DNA of 64,000 nt from the NCBI GenBank assembly GCA_014905635.1, contig CM026547.1, forward strand, positions 2,914,001-2,978,000, read 5' to 3'. Shown piece after piece: positions 34,860 to 48,200 of the stretch. The stretch comes from Scenedesmus sp. PABB004 (taxonomy: Eukaryota). Below the pieces are notes generated by a model. It was not told the DNA's origin and made no database searches. It was given only the letters and a program-made list of their open reading frames with translations. The number at the start of each line of letters is the position of its first letter. Position 1 is the stretch's first letter. A program made the translations under genes and the position numbers.

Positions 34860-36019
34860 TCAGCTGGGCTTGAAGTGCCGCGCCGCCTTGAGCGCAGCCA
34901 GGCGCTTGCGGCCCTCCTCAAACTGTTGCCGCAGCTCCATGAGCTCTGCGCGCGCGTGGGCGGCGGCGCGCGTGAGCGCGCGGCGGCGGCGCGCGTGAGC
35001 GCACAGCGCCGCGCCCCTGCTGCGGGCCAGCGCTGCGGGCGCCGCGCGTCGCCCCAGGCTGGCCAGCCTGCCAGCCAGCGGGCGCCTCCCTCCCTCGCGC
35101 GCACCGTTTCGCCGCTTGTCGCGCGTCTGGAATCGGTAGAAGTTCTCTGCCTGCTTCGACTGCTTGGTCTCCGCCGCCGCGCGCGCCGCGGCGGCCGCCG
35201 CCGCCGCGACGCCGCCGCTGACGGTCGACACGCCGCCGACGTCGCGCGCGCGCTTGCGGCCCTTGCTGCGCACCACGACCGTCCAGCCGTCCTCGGCCAT
35301 GGCCTGCTGCCGCGCCGCCTCGCGCGCCGCCGCCTCGGCCTCGTGCGCCTCCATCCAGTCGTCGAGCTGCGGTGGGGCGCGCGGCGGCGCCGCCGTCGGC
35401 AGCCGCGACCGACCAGGCCCCTGCCCCTGCTTGCTCCCTGCGGGGGCCGCGCAGTCGCTGCCGCCGGCGCGGCCACACCTGCTTCTGCAGCTCCGCGTTG
35501 CCGGGGCGCGCCGCCTTGTGCTCCGCGACCCAGGCCTTCAGGCCGAGCGGGCCGTCCGGCAGCGGCAGCGCGCACTCCACCACCTGCCCGCCCCGCGCGT
35601 GCGACAGCGCGCTCGCCACGCCCTCCGGCGACTCAAACACCAGCGCCGCCGAGCGCTGCGGGGCCGGGCGCAGCGGGGCGTTGGCAGGCGGCGGCGGCTG
35701 CGGCGGCGCGCGCCTCGGCATGCCCGCCGCGCGGCCGCACCTTGCTGGGGTGCATGACCGTCTGCTCAACGGCCCCAAACACGCCAAAGATGCTGCCCAG
35801 GCTGACCTCGTCGACGCCGAGCGGCAGCCCCGTCACGTACAGCGCGTTGGCGGCCGCCTCGCCCTCGCCCTCGCGGTGGCGCTTGACAAACACGTAGCTC
35901 ACCACCGGCGAGCTGGCGTGCAGGCGCAGGCCGAGCGACCGGAACTCGCCGCGGCCGCCGCCGCTGCCGCGGCCGCCGCCGGCCGGCGGCTGCTGCTGCT
36001 GCTGCGCCGGCGGCGGCAT
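34860..36019 (-). CDS. RRP7: Ribosomal RNA-processing protein 7 homologue, 4 exons
   Basis: RRM-like N-part (ALYVTGLP...FGVFGAVE), EDGWTVV, NFYRFQTRDKRRNELMELRQQFEEGRKRLAALKAARHFKP. Confidence 0.9.
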
Positions 36020-36365
36020 GGTGCTGCGCCGCGGCGCGAGCTGCGGGGGCGACAATGCCGACGCCGCAGCTGCGGCGGCCGGACTGGCTGCGCGCCCAGG
36101 CACGCGCAGAGGCGGCGGCGACCGACGCTGCTGTTGCCCCGTCGCCGTCGCGCCTGCCGAAGAGCCGACGGCTTGCGGTTTGCGTGTGTACGCGAGTGCG
36201 ACGGCGGGCGCGGCACGCGACTGCAGGCGCGCGCAGCGGCGGCGCTGCGCAGCGGGCGAGCGGGCGCTCGTCGTTCGGGGCTCTGCGCGACGCCCCCGGC
36301 AGCCTCCCTTGCTGCTCGTCACGCCACAGCCGCCAGTCTCTCCGCGCTCCACACAGCTCACGCCC

Positions 36366-38742
36366 ATGCGGGTGGCGCAACGAACCCTCCTGGACGCCGC
36401 GCTGGCGGCGCTGGCGGCCGCGCTGCCGGGCCGACGCGGCCGGCCGCTGCTGCCCTGGCTGCTCCTCCCCGGCGGCGCCGCTGCCGCGCTGGCGGCGGGC
36501 GGCTGGCCGCGCAGCGCCCGCGCCGACGCGCTGGCGCCAGCGCCGCCCGAGCGCGCGGCGGGCGGCGGCGACGGCGGGCTGCCGGCGGTGCTGGCCAAGC
36601 TGCTCGGTGACAACCAGATCGCGAGCGGCGGGCTGACGCTGGCGGTGCTCGGCGGCAGCCTCGCGGCCGCGCGCCTGGCGCTCGGCGCGGCGGTGCAGCT
36701 CGCGGCGCGGCGCGTGATGATCCGAGCCGAGGTCGACAGCAGGGATGACGCTTACCGCTGGATCATGGCATATCTTGCAGACCACCCGCGCTTCAAGCGC
36801 GCCACGAGCGTGAGCGTGACGTCGTCGCTCAGCTGCTTCGGCGCGACGGGCCTCCCGGTGCAGCCGCTCACGGGCGCGGGCGCGGACGACGAGGGCGCGC
36901 CGCCGCCGGTCACGTACCTACCGGCGCCCGGCGACCACCTGCTGCGCCACCGGGGGCGCTGGATGCTCATAAGCCGCCGCCGCGGCACGGGAAACCCGCA
37001 GCTCGCAGCCAACGCGCGGTGCGGCGCGCGCGGGTGGCCAGCGGCGGCGGCCGACGCGCTGCGCCGAGCGCGTGCCTGCTGACGCGGCAGCCCGAGCGCA
37101 CGCCCCCGCTCCCGCCGCTGCAGGCTGCTGATGGAGACGCTGACCATCACGCTGCCGGGCACCGACCGCGCGCCGCTGGACGCGCTGATCCGCGACGCGG
37201 CGGCGGCGTACCGGCGCCAGGCCGAGGCGCGGACACTGGTGCACGCGGTCGACGCGGACGGCTACTGGACGCAGGTCGGCAGCCGCCCCAAGCGCCCGCT
37301 CAGCACCGTGGTGCTGCCCGAGGGCCAGGTGCGGCGCCGCCGCCGCTGCTGGGCCCGTGCCGGTGCACCGCGGCGCCCCGGCGCCGCCACGCATGGGCGT
37401 CACCCCACTTGCTTGCCCCCGCCCCCGCGCAGGCCCAGGCGCTGCTGGCGGACTGCCGGGAGTTCCTCAGCGCGGAGAGCGAGGCCTGGTGCGGGCCCGG
37501 CGCGCGCGGCGCGGGCGCGCGCGGCGCGCCGGGGGCGCAGACGGCGCGGCGCTGGCGGCTGACGGCCCGTGCCGCCGCTCCCGGGCTCTGCTCCGCTGTG
37601 CCCCGGGCCCCTCCCCTGCAGGTATGCTCATCACGGCATCCCCTATCGCCGGGGCTATTTGCTTTACGGCCCGCCGGGCACGGGCAAGACGAGCCTCGTG
37701 CACGCGCTCGCGGGCGCGCTGGGCGTCGAAATCTACGCGGTCTCGCTCAGCAGGTGGCGCGGGCAAGGCGGGGCGTCGCTTTGCTTGCGCGTGCCGGCTT
37801 TCCTTGCGTGCCCTGCCTTGCCCGCGCACCCGGATTGCGACTTGCGCGCGCGCGCGCGCCCGCCGACGCCCCGCGCTGCTCAACAGCCCCACGATGAGCG
37901 ACGAGGCTCTCCGAAACCTGCTCAACACCGCGGGCGTGCGGTGCGGCGCGCGGCACGCGGCGCGCGGCGTGAGGCGCGGCGCGGCGAGGCACGGTGGCGA
38001 GCACCGCACCGCCCGCGCGCGTGGCGCGCCGCAGGTCCATCCTGCTGCTGGAGGACGTCGACGCCGCGTTTGTGTCGCGCCAGGCCGGCGACGCGGCGAG
38101 CCGGCTGACCTTCTCCGGCCTGCTCAACGCCATCGACGGGGTGACGCCGCGCCGCCGCCCGCGCCGCCGCCCGCGCCGCCGGGCGCGCCGCCGGGCGCGC
38201 CGCCGGCCGCGCCGCCGCGCCCGCGGCCGCCCCGCCCGCGCCCACGCCCGCCGCGGGCGCCACCGCCGCAGGTGGCCGCGCAGGAGGGGCGCCTGCTGTT
38301 CCTGACGACCAACCACGTGGAGCGGCTGAGCGGCGCGCTCATCCGGCCGGGCCGCGTCGACGTGCGCTGCCTGCTCGGCCCCGCGACGGCGCAGCAGGCG
38401 CGGCTGCTGTTCCTGTCCTTCTACCGAGACCTGCCGCACCTCCCGCTGACGCCGGGCGGCAGCCTCGACGGCGACCGCGACGGCGGCGCCGGCGACGGCG
38501 ACGCGCCCGCCGCGGCGCCCGAGCCCGGCGGCGCGCCGCCCGGCGCCGCGCGCGACGCGCTGCTGTCGGAGCTGGCGGACGCGTTTGTCGCGCGCCTGCC
38601 CGACGCCGCGGGCGTGAGCATGGCGGCGCTGCAGGGCTTCCTGATGACGCACCGCAAGGACCCCTGGGCCGCCGTGCGGCATGCCGGCACGCTCGCGGCG
38701 GCGGCGGCGGCGGCGCCCGAGCCGGCGGCGAGCTCGGACTGA
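36366..38742 (+). CDS. BCS1: Mitochondrial AAA chaperone BCS1, 7 exons
   Basis: BCS1_N ([17 protein letters not shown]), [73 protein letters not shown]. Confidence 0.92.
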
Positions 38743-39551
38743 GCTCGGCGGTTTGCGCCAGGGCTGTGCGTGCGAGCTGTTGCCGCGCGCGCCCCCTCGC
38801 GCCCGCGGGGCGGGCGTGGAGTCGGGCGGCGCCGCGCCCTTCTACGCGCTGGTGAGCGCGGGGCGAGCTCGGACTGAGCTCGGCGGCGGCCGAGCGGCGC
38901 GCTGGGCGCCGGCCCGCGCGCGGCGCAGCGGGCGGCGGGGTGCCGGCGCAGCCTGGCGGGGCGCGGGCGGCGGTGTGCGGCGCGCTCGCGGCTCCGCGCC
39001 GGCGACCTGGACGTGGAGAGATGGGGAGCTGGGAGCTGCGGGTCGCGCCAGGTGCGACGAGCGGTTGCCGCGCGGGCCCCTCGCCCTAGAGCCGCGCGCC
39101 CAGTGCGTCGTCGCAACACCCTCGCGCGCGCCCTCCGCGTGCAGTGGGCCGCAGCGCGCGTGATCAGAGTGAGACAGGGCCGCGCCCCGTTCGCCGCAGC
39201 CGGGGCGGGCGCCTGCAGCAGCACTGCGCCCTTGAGGCCGCGCGCCTCCTCCATCGCCACGCGGCACTGGCAGGCGTCGTCTCTCCGCGACACGTGGTGA
39301 GGCGGGGGACGCACCTCGCGCCGTGCGCGTGCAGCAGCAGAGGGGGGATGCTGCCCTCCGGCTCGCACCGCGCCCTGGCTAGCCGGGAGGCCCCGCCCGC
39401 CCCTCCCTTGCGGCGGCGCTGCAGCGCGGCGGCGGTCCGGCAGCGGCGCCGCTGCTGCCGCCCCCGCTGCTGCTGCCGACGCCGCACGCCCGCCGTGCCG
39501 CCGCCGCGGCCGCCAGGCGGCGCGAGGCCGCCGCACGCTCGAGGGCGCGCC

Positions 39552-41935
39552 ATGAAGGGCGAGCTCAAGATACTGATCGTCGGCGCGGCGGGGCTGGACC
39601 GGCTCGTGTCGGTCGGCGAGCAGGCGCCGTACTATGTGCTCGAGGTGGGGCACCAGCGCAGCCGCAGCAAGCCCGCCGCCGGCGGCGACGGCACGGCGCC
39701 CGTGTGGAACACGGCGCACAAGTTTGCGGTCGACGACGAGCTCGCGGTCGTCGCGGTCATCAAGGACGACGTGACCAAGGGCGTCATCGGGCAGGGGCTC
39801 ATTGAGCTCAGCGCCGCGCGGCGGGCCGGCAAGGACGAGGGCGCGGCGGTGCTCATGAACCTCGGCGGCGCGCCGGCGGGCAGCCTGCGCTACAAGCTCA
39901 AGTTCACGCCCGCGCCGGGCGCCAGCGGCGGCGGCGCCGCCGCCGGCGCCGCGCGGCGCGTGTCAGACACGGGCAGCTACGTCTCGGCCGCGAGCCAGGC
40001 CGCGCGCACGCCGCCGGCGGGGCCGTCGCCGTCGCCGGGCGCGGCGTCCAACGGCGGCGCGGCCGCGCCGGACGACGACGACGACGACCCCACGCTCGCG
40101 GCGGTCGCGAGCAAGGTGTCGCTCGCGAAGCAGGCGATGCAGCAGCTCACCGCCGAGCTGGCGGAGCTCACCGCGGGCGAGCCGGGCGTGAGCCCGCGCC
40201 CGTCGGGCGGCGGCCGCGGCGGCGGCCGCGCGCCGCGCATCAGCACGGGCTCGCTCTCCTCGCCGACCGCGTTCTCGCCGATGCTGTCGCCCGCGGGCTG
40301 GGGCGGCGGGGCGGCCAACGGCGCGGCGCCGCGCGGCGCCGCCGCCGCGGCCGACCTCTCGACCGAGGAGCTGCTCGCGCTGTACGGCGGCGCGCGCGAG
40401 CAGGACAGCCCCGGCCTGCCGGGCCACAAGGCGCTCGTGGCGGAGCTGCAGGCCGCGCTCGCGGCGGCGCACGCGGAGCGCGTGGCGGGCGAGGAGGAGC
40501 TGGGCAGCGTCAAGGCGGCGATGGCGCTCATGAGCCGGCAGCACTACCTGGACGTCAAGCGCCTGCGCGACGCGGCGGGCCAGGGCGGCGCGCCGTGGCC
40601 GGGCCAGCCGGGCACGGCGCACGAGCAGCCCGGCGGCGGGCGCGTGCTCAGCATGGTCGACGGCACGCCGCCGCGGCCGGGGCGCACGCCGCGCGTGTCG
40701 GCCGACGGCAGCGTCGGCGCCGCCGCGGCCGGCGCGCGCGGCGCCAGGGCCGACGCCGGCGAGGCGGCGTCGCCCGTGCCGGAGCACAAGCTGCAGATCC
40801 ACATCCACCAGCTGGAGCGCCAGCTGGCGGAGCAGGCGGCCAAGACGCGGGAGGAGGCGGCCAAGCGCGAGACGCAGGCGCGCGGCGCGGCGGCGGCGGC
40901 CGGCGGGCGCGGCCGCGTCGCGCGCTGGGCCGCGCGCCGACAGCGCCGCCTGCCGCGGCCGCCGCTGCCACGCGCGCGCACGCAGGCCGCCCGGATTGCC
41001 GCGCTGCAGGAGCAGCTCGACGCGCAGGTGGCCGCCACGCGCCAGGCGGAGGCCAACGCGCGCGCCGCCGAGGGCAAGGCAGCGGAGCAGGCCACGCTGG
41101 CGACGGCGGCGCGTGCCGAGGTGGGCAGCGCGCCGCCCGCGGCAGCTCGCAGGGAGGCGGAAGCCGCCTCGCCCGCGCGGGAGCAGCCCCCGACGCGCCG
41201 CCTGCCCGCCCACCCGCCTGCATGCGCGCGCAGCTGTCGGCGCTGTCGGCGCGCAGCGCGTCTGTGAGCGGGCGCGACGCGGAGCTGGCGTCGGAGCTGG
41301 CGTCAGCGCGGGGGAGCTCGCGGGCGTGGTGGCGGAGAAGGCCGAGCTGGAGGAGGCGCTGGCGCTGGCGGAGAAGAACGGCGCCGCAAAGCTGGCATCG
41401 CTGCAGGTGCGTGGGCGCGCCGCGGCGGCCCGGCGGGCGCGCGGGCGCCGGCCCGGCGTCCGCGCGCAGCGGCCGACCCCGCCGCCGCGCCGCGGGCGCC
41501 GCGCAGGCGGAGCTGCACGCGGCGCAGGAGGACGCGTCCGCGCTGCGGCAGGGCAGCGGCGACGTCGCGGCGCTGCGCGCCGAGCTCGCGGCGGCGCGCG
41601 CCGAGGCGAGCGGGCGGTCGGCGGACAGCGAGGAGGTGGACTACCTGCAGGCGCAGCTGCGGCGCACGCTGCGGCAGGTCGTGGAGCTGCAGCACCAGGT
41701 GCAGGTGCTCGAGGCGACGCGGCCGGAGCGTGACACGCGCAGCGACGGCGACGACGCCGACGACCCGGACCGCATCGCGATGGCGAGCGAGCACGAGATG
41801 CTGATGCAGGAGCTCGTCAACACCAAGCTGGAGGTCGCGCAGCTCAAGGAGCGGCAGGTCCGCATGCAGAAGGAGCTCATCCAGGCCCAGGGCGCCGTCG
41901 CGGCGCTCAGCCGCGAGGCGAGCCGGGACGGGTGA
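39552..41935 (+). CDS. N-terminal C2-domain protein with long coiled-coil C-terminus, 4 exons
   Basis: GELKILIVGAAGL...PYYVLEVG...PVWNTAHKF...VIGQGLIEL...GSLRYKLKF (C2); heptad-rich C-terminus ending LMQELVNTKLEVAQLKE. GC donor at 40878; apparent frameshift in a G run near 41310. Confidence 0.75.
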
Positions 41936-42240
41936 TGATCGGCGGCGGCGCCCTGGGTGTGTGAAGGCGGCGCCCTGCGCGGCGGCGCCGGCTTCAAATG
42001 TGACGTGTTTTTTTTTGACCGGCGCCGCCACCGCCGACAGCTGGGCACCGCCGCGCCTTCCTGCGCGCCAGAGCAGCCGCCCAACGCACTCTGTGCGCGC
42101 CCGCATCAACCGCTGCCCAGGCCGCGGATCGGCGCAGCGGGCAGGAGTTGTTGAGCAGCGGAGAACGCTCGCCGCCGCGCCATGGGCCCGTGACGCTGCG
42201 CCCCGACGCTGCCGCTGCTGGCGGGACAAGCCGACAAGCC

Positions 42241-45200
42241 ATGGACGCCGCGCGGCTCAAGCGCAAGCTGGGGCAGGCGGCGCCGCAGGTCAGCGCCGGC
42301 GCCGCGCAGCGAGCACGGGGCAGCGCCCCCAGACCCTTCCCACACTGCCCTCCGGTCCCGCCGCCCGGCAGGTGGTGGCGCCGCTGGCCATCGAGCGCGT
42401 GATCGGGCTGGCCGGCGGCGCGGGCGCGGGCGTCGTCGCGAGCAGCGCCGCGCACCCGGGGCTGCTCGCGTGGCCGGCGGGCGCCTTCGTGGTCCTGTCG
42501 AGCGCGGCCGGCCGGCACCAGAACGCGCTGCTCCGCTCAACCAGCAGCAACGCGCCGCTCGCCTGCATCGACTGGGCGCCCGACGGCGAGCACATCGCGG
42601 CGGGCGAGGACGGGGGCGGCGGCGGCGGCGGCGGCGCGGGCGTGCTCGTGTGGAGCGTCGCGAGCCGCCAGTGCCTGCAGGAGCTGCGCGCGCACAAGCA
42701 CGCGGTCGCGTGCGTGCGCTTCTCGCCCGACGGTGCGCGGCGCGCGCGGGGCGCGCGGGGCGCGCGGGGCGTCCGGCACCGCCGCCGGTGCTCTCCTCGC
42801 CCGCCCCCATCCCACACCCCCGCGCTGCTGCGTGACGCGGGCGCAGGCAAGCTGCTCGTGTCAGCTGGCGCGGCGGGCGACGGCCAGCTCTGCATCTGGT
42901 GAGCTCGGCCGTCGCGGCAGGGCGGGGCTGCAGCGCGCGCAGCGGCTGTGGGCGCCCCCGGCTGCAGCGGCGGGCCGACGCCGCGCGCACGCGCCGGCCG
43001 CCGCCGGCCGCAGGGACTGGCGGACGGGCGGCCTGCTGTGGCGGCAGGCGGTGTCGTCGTCGCTCCGCAGCGCCGCGTTCACGGAGGACAGCAGCTGCGT
43101 GCTCGCAGTCGGGCGCAACACGTTCAAGGCCTGGTCGCTGAGCTGGAACGCGCAGCAGGCGGGGCGCTTCAAGGGCGGCGGCGGCGGCGCCGCCGGCAAC
43201 GTGAGCCTCACGCCGCGGCCGGTGACGCTCAAGGAGCTCCGCACGGCCGCGTTTGTGGACCTCTGCATCGCGCCGGGCCCGCCGGGGCAGCCGGCGGGCG
43301 TCAATGGCGTCTACGCGCTCGTGGCGCGCGGCGTGCTCGTGCTCATGCGCCCCACGGGCCGCGTCATCGACAAGAGCGTCAACCTGCAGGTGCCCGCCGC
43401 GTTCAGCCTGGCCGCGTGCCCCGGCCAAGTGGCCGCGGCGTGCGCACAGGGCGTCGTGCGGCTCTTTGCCAGCAAGACGCTCGCGTTCCGCGCCACGCTG
43501 CCGCGCTTTGTCGCACGCGGGCAGCAGCAGCAGCCGGGCGGCGGCGACGCCTTCCCCGACGCGCGCGCGTGCAGCTTCAGCGGCGAGGGCGGCGCGCAGC
43601 TCGTGGTGGCGTACGCGGACCAGCTCGTCGTAGTCTGGGACGTCGCAGACGCGGCCAAGGTGGGTGGCCCCGCTGCGGCCGCGCGGCGCCGGCCTCCCGG
43701 CCGGGCAGAACCCGCGGCGGCGCGGAGCCCCGCGCGGCGCCCATCCGCCGGCGCCGAGCCCGTCCACGCCGCCCCGCAGATCGCGTGCGTCTTCAGCCTG
43801 TCGGCGCACGCCGGCTGCGTGTGGGGCGTGCAGCCCGTCGGCGCGCCCGCGCTGGGCGCCGGCGCGCCGCAGCCGGGCGCGCCGCGCTTCGCCACGTGCG
43901 CGGCGGACGGGACGGTCAGGTTTTGGCACCTCGCCGCTGACGCGGGGCCAGGCACCGGGCGCGTGCTGACGGGTGCGGCCTTGCCTCGTGGCTGCCGCTG
44001 GCGGCGCGCCCGCGCTTGCCCGCCGCCGCCGGCTCACCCTGCGCCGCGCCGCCCGCCGCCGCGCGCGTCGCGGCGCAGTGCCGGGCAAGCCGGGCGTGGT
44101 GCTGCGCTGCGTGCGCCTCAGCCCCGACGCGCGCCACGTGCTCGCGGGCGACCTGGACGGCCGGCTGTACGTGTGGGACGCGGTCGGCCTGAGGCTGGTC
44201 GCCGAGCAGCAGGCCCACGACGGCGAGCTGCTCTGCCTCGACTGCGCCCCCGCGGGGCCCGGCCGCGCCGGCGGCGGCCTCGCCGCGTCGGGCGGGCGCG
44301 ACGGCCTGGTGCACGTGTACGCCGCGGAGCGCGGCTATGAGCTGCTCGACACGCTGGACGGCCACCGCGGCGGCGTGACGGGCCTGGCCTTCACCGCGGG
44401 CGGCGGCGGCCTGGTCAGCTGCGGCGGCGACGGCGCGATCATCTTCCGCGCCCTGCACGCCGGCGGCGGCGGGTTGTCCGCGGCCGCGTACGCCATGCAC
44501 GCGGTGCCGTCCAGCCTGCTGTACGGCCTCGCGCTCGACCCGCTGGAAGAGTACGTGTGGACCACCGGCTCGGACGGCGCGCTGCGGGCGTGGGAGGTCG
44601 CGAGCGGCGCGCTCGCGCGCACGCTTGCGCCCGAGGCGGGCGCGGGCGAGCCCACGTCGCTCGCCACCGACCCCGGCGGCGTGCTGCTCATCGCCTGCCA
44701 CGCCGACGGCTGCCTGCGCATCTACCGCGCGGCCACGGGGCAGCTGCTCGCGCGCGGCTGGGGCCACTCGACGCTCGTCGCCGGCGCGGCCGTCACGCCC
44801 GACCTCGCGCGCGTCGTGTCGGTCGGCGGCGACGGCTGCGTCATCGTGTGGCGCCTGCCGGAGCCGCTGGTGGCGGAGATCGCGGCCGCCGTCGCGCGCG
44901 TGGCTGCATTAAAGGCGCAGCGCGCGGAGCCGGCCACCCCCGGCGGCGGCGGCGCGTGGGGCGCGAGCACGCCCGCGCGCGGGTCGCCGGGCCCGCCGCA
45001 GGCCACGCCCAGCCCCGAGGCGCCCAGCAGCGAGGGGCTGGGCTCTACGCTGCGGCGCATTCGCCAGCACAAGACGCTCGTGTCGGCCGACAAGCTGCCC
45101 AAGTGGGCGCGCTCGCCCGGCTCGCCGAGCGCGAGCCCGCTCAGCCCCGGCAGCGCCGGCGCCAGCGGCGCCAGTGGCAGCACGGGCGAGCCCAAGCCCC

Positions 45201-48200
45201 TGCTTGGCCGTTGGCTGGGCGGCCGCGCCGCGGCGGCCAAGGGCAAGTGGGTCGTGGAGCCGGAGCTCGCGCTCGCCTGCGACGCCGCCGCGCGGCGGCT
45301 CAGCAGTGAGAGCGCGGCCACGCCGCCGGCCGGCGACGGCGGCGGTGGCGGCGACGGCAGGCACGCGGCCGGGGACGAGGCGCCGTCGGGCGGCAGCGGC
45401 GCCGCGGGCGGCGCGACGGCGGTGCAGGCGACGTGGGGCGAGTGGCCGGAGGAGGAGGAGGACATGGTGGTGATTCAGGACTGGGACGACAGCGCGCCCG
45501 CCGCGTACGGCACGCACGAGGGCAGCGGCGACGCGGGCGCGGCGGCGGCGCCCGCGGACGACGACGAGCTGGACCGCCAGACGCCCAGCCCGCTGCCCGG
45601 CGCCGAGGGTGGGCTGGCTCTCGGCGACCCGCGGCTGGGCCTCGCTGGCGTCGCGCGCCCACGCGTGCACGCGCGCGCTCACGCGCTGCCTGCCCGCCCT
45701 GCTGCGCCGCAGGCGCCGCCGTGGTCCGCGACCTCTTCAGGGACCACTTCAGCAGCCTGGGCAGCGGTGTGGCACCCCTGCGCGGCGGCCGGCACGCCGA
45801 GCACCGGCAGAGCCTGTCGTCGCTGTGAGCGTCGCCGCGCCCGCGCCGCCGGGCCGGCTGTTGTGGACGGCGGCGCAGCGCTGCGGCGGCCGCCGCCCGC
45901 GCCTGACGCCGCCGCGCACCCCGTCGCCCCAGGTTCAAGGCCCGCACCAGCCTCGCTGGTGCCCTGCCTGGCGGGCAGGCGCCTGGTGGCGGCGGCGGCA
46001 TCCTGGCAGCGCTGGACAGCCCGGCCGCGCCAATGGGCGACGCCGGCGGCGAGCTGGCGGGGACGCCGGCCGCTGCGTCCGCGGCGCCGGGGCCGGAGGG
46101 CGGCGACGGCGCGCCGCTGGGCGTAGCAGCGGCGCAGCACAAGCGCTGCAGGCGCGGCGAGGCAGACGGCGAGCCGGCGTCGGCAGCCAAGCCTGCAGCG
46201 GCGGCGGCGGCGCGGAGCCGGCAGGTGTGGCGGTCAGCCGGGCAGGTGCTGCCACGCGGCGCGCCGCGCGCGGGCGCCCCCGCCAGCGCTCAGGCGGGCG
46301 GCGGCTCGGCGCTCGGCGCGACTGCGGCGCGCCAGCCGGAGCCGGCGAGGCCGACGCCGGCGGCCGCCGGCAGCGCTGCCGGGCAGCGCCCCGCCAGCAG
46401 GGGCGGCAGCCTGCCCGGCTCGCACACGGCGTCGCGGGCTGCGTCGCGCACCGCCTCGCGCAGCACGTCATGCGTGGAATCCCGGGCGTCCTCGCGCGCC
46501 TCCTCGCGCGACGGCGAGGCGCCGACGCCGGGCAGCGTGCTGGCGCGGCTCCTGCAGGAGAGCCCCGAGGCCTCGCCCGCGCCGGCGCCCGCGTCCGCCG
46601 AGGCGCAGCCGGGCTGCGGCGCGTCGCCGCGCGCGCGCCTCGCCGCCGCGCTGGACGCCGCCGCGGCGTCGCCCGGCAGCCCCGCCGACGGCGGCGCCTC
46701 GCCGGGGCCGGCAGCCAAGCCGCCCAAGCCGCACGCGCTCGGCGAGAGCGTCACGCGCGTGAGCATCGGCGCCTGCGTTGCGGCGGCGTCGGGAGGCGCG
46801 GCTGCGGCGCCCGCTCCGCAGTCGAGCAGCCCAGCCGGCCAGGCCTCGCTCACGCTGCAGGCGCCGCGCTCGGCGGCCTGCACGGCTGCTGACAGGCCAG
46901 GGCCGGATGCCGTGCAGGCGCGCGGCAGCGACAGCGCTGCCAGCCCGCTCGAGGGCGCGGCGCGCGACGGCCCGCTCGCGAGCGCGGCGGCGCGCACGGG
47001 CGCGAGCACCACGCCGCACGGCCAGCACCTGGTGTGGCCAGGCTGGGGAGAGGCGGGCGCGTGGGAGGACGGCACGCCCAGCCCCGGCTCGGCCGCGCTC
47101 GCGCAGATGTGCGGCGGCTCTGCCGGCGGCGGCGGCGGCCCTGCGGCGGGTGGCGGCGATGCTTTCTGGCTCAAGGCCAACCCCTGCTTCGACATGACGC
47201 CTGCGGGCAGCACGCCCGGCAGCGCGCTGCCCAGCTGCAACGGCGCCGCGCCCGGCGTGCTGCCGGTGCGCGGCTGGCTGCGCGCACGCTGCGCGCCACG
47301 CGCGCTGCGGCGCCGCCCTCACCGCCGCCGCCCGCCCTGGCGCCGCAGTTTGAGGCGGGCCGCATGCTGCCCCCGGCGGCCGTGTCGCCGGAGCTGGAGC
47401 CGCCGCCGGTGGAGGAGCAGCAGCCGGAGCAGGCGCCGGCGGACCACGCGCCGGCGGAGCAGGCGCCGGCGGACCACGCGCCGGCGGAGCAGCAGCCGGC
47501 GGAGCAGCCGCCGGCGGAGCAGCCGTCGGCGGAGCAGCCAGCGCTGCAGGCAACGCCGGCCAAGGCGGCGCCGACCGAGCAGGCGGTGGCGCCGGGGCCG
47601 GGCTCGGGGGCGGGCAGCTTCTCGGCCGGCACCCCCGACAGCCGCGTGCTCTCGCCCCCCTTCTCCTCGGGTGCTGCGTCGCCCGCCAGCGGCAGCGCCC
47701 GGGCGCGCCGCGCGCTGGCGCGGCGGGAGAAGGCCGCCGCCAAGGCCGCGGCGCGCGCGTCGCCGGGTGGCGGCGGGGCCGACGAGCCCGCCAGCCCCGG
47801 CGGCTCCATGCTGAGCCTGCTGAGGCGCATCAAGAGCACCATGCCGGGCATCGCCAAGGCCCGCAGCAGCGTGTCGTGCGCCGGCGGCCTGCCCGCCACG
47901 CACTCCCCCGTCAAGGGCGGCGGCCCGCTCGCCGGCCTCGCCGGCCCGCGCAGCGCCGACGGCGGCACGCCCGCGGCGACGAGCCCGGCCGCGCCGTGCG
48001 CGGCCGCGCCGGGCGGGCAGGAGCCGTGGGCGCGCGGCGCCGAGCGGCGCGAGCGGCGGCAGGCGGGGCTGTCGGCGGACGAGGTGCGCCTCGAGCTCAC
48101 GGCGCGCGCCGAGCCGGCGCCGCCCGAGCCGGGCGCGCCGGCGCCGCCCGCCAGGGCCGGCCCCAGCAGCAGTGGCGGCGGCAGCGCCGACGCGGCGGTC

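Noticed and set aside
41300..41345. Frameshift in the C2/coiled-coil gene (also ~4860 in the BTB gene and ~25550 in RNase T2) as programmed frameshifting or pseudogenisation
   Set aside because: All fall in G runs or GC repeats within otherwise intact genes; single-base assembly indels are the simplest explanation and need read-level checking.
43950..43975. Possible GC donor at ~43952 in the WD40 gene
   Set aside because: A same-phase canonical GTGCGG donor at 43973 explains the junction, so it was not counted as GC-AG.
47410..47545. 15/30-bp coding repeats (PAEQ/PADHA) in the WDR62-like tail
   Set aside because: Typical low-complexity expansion in a disordered region; no further structure.
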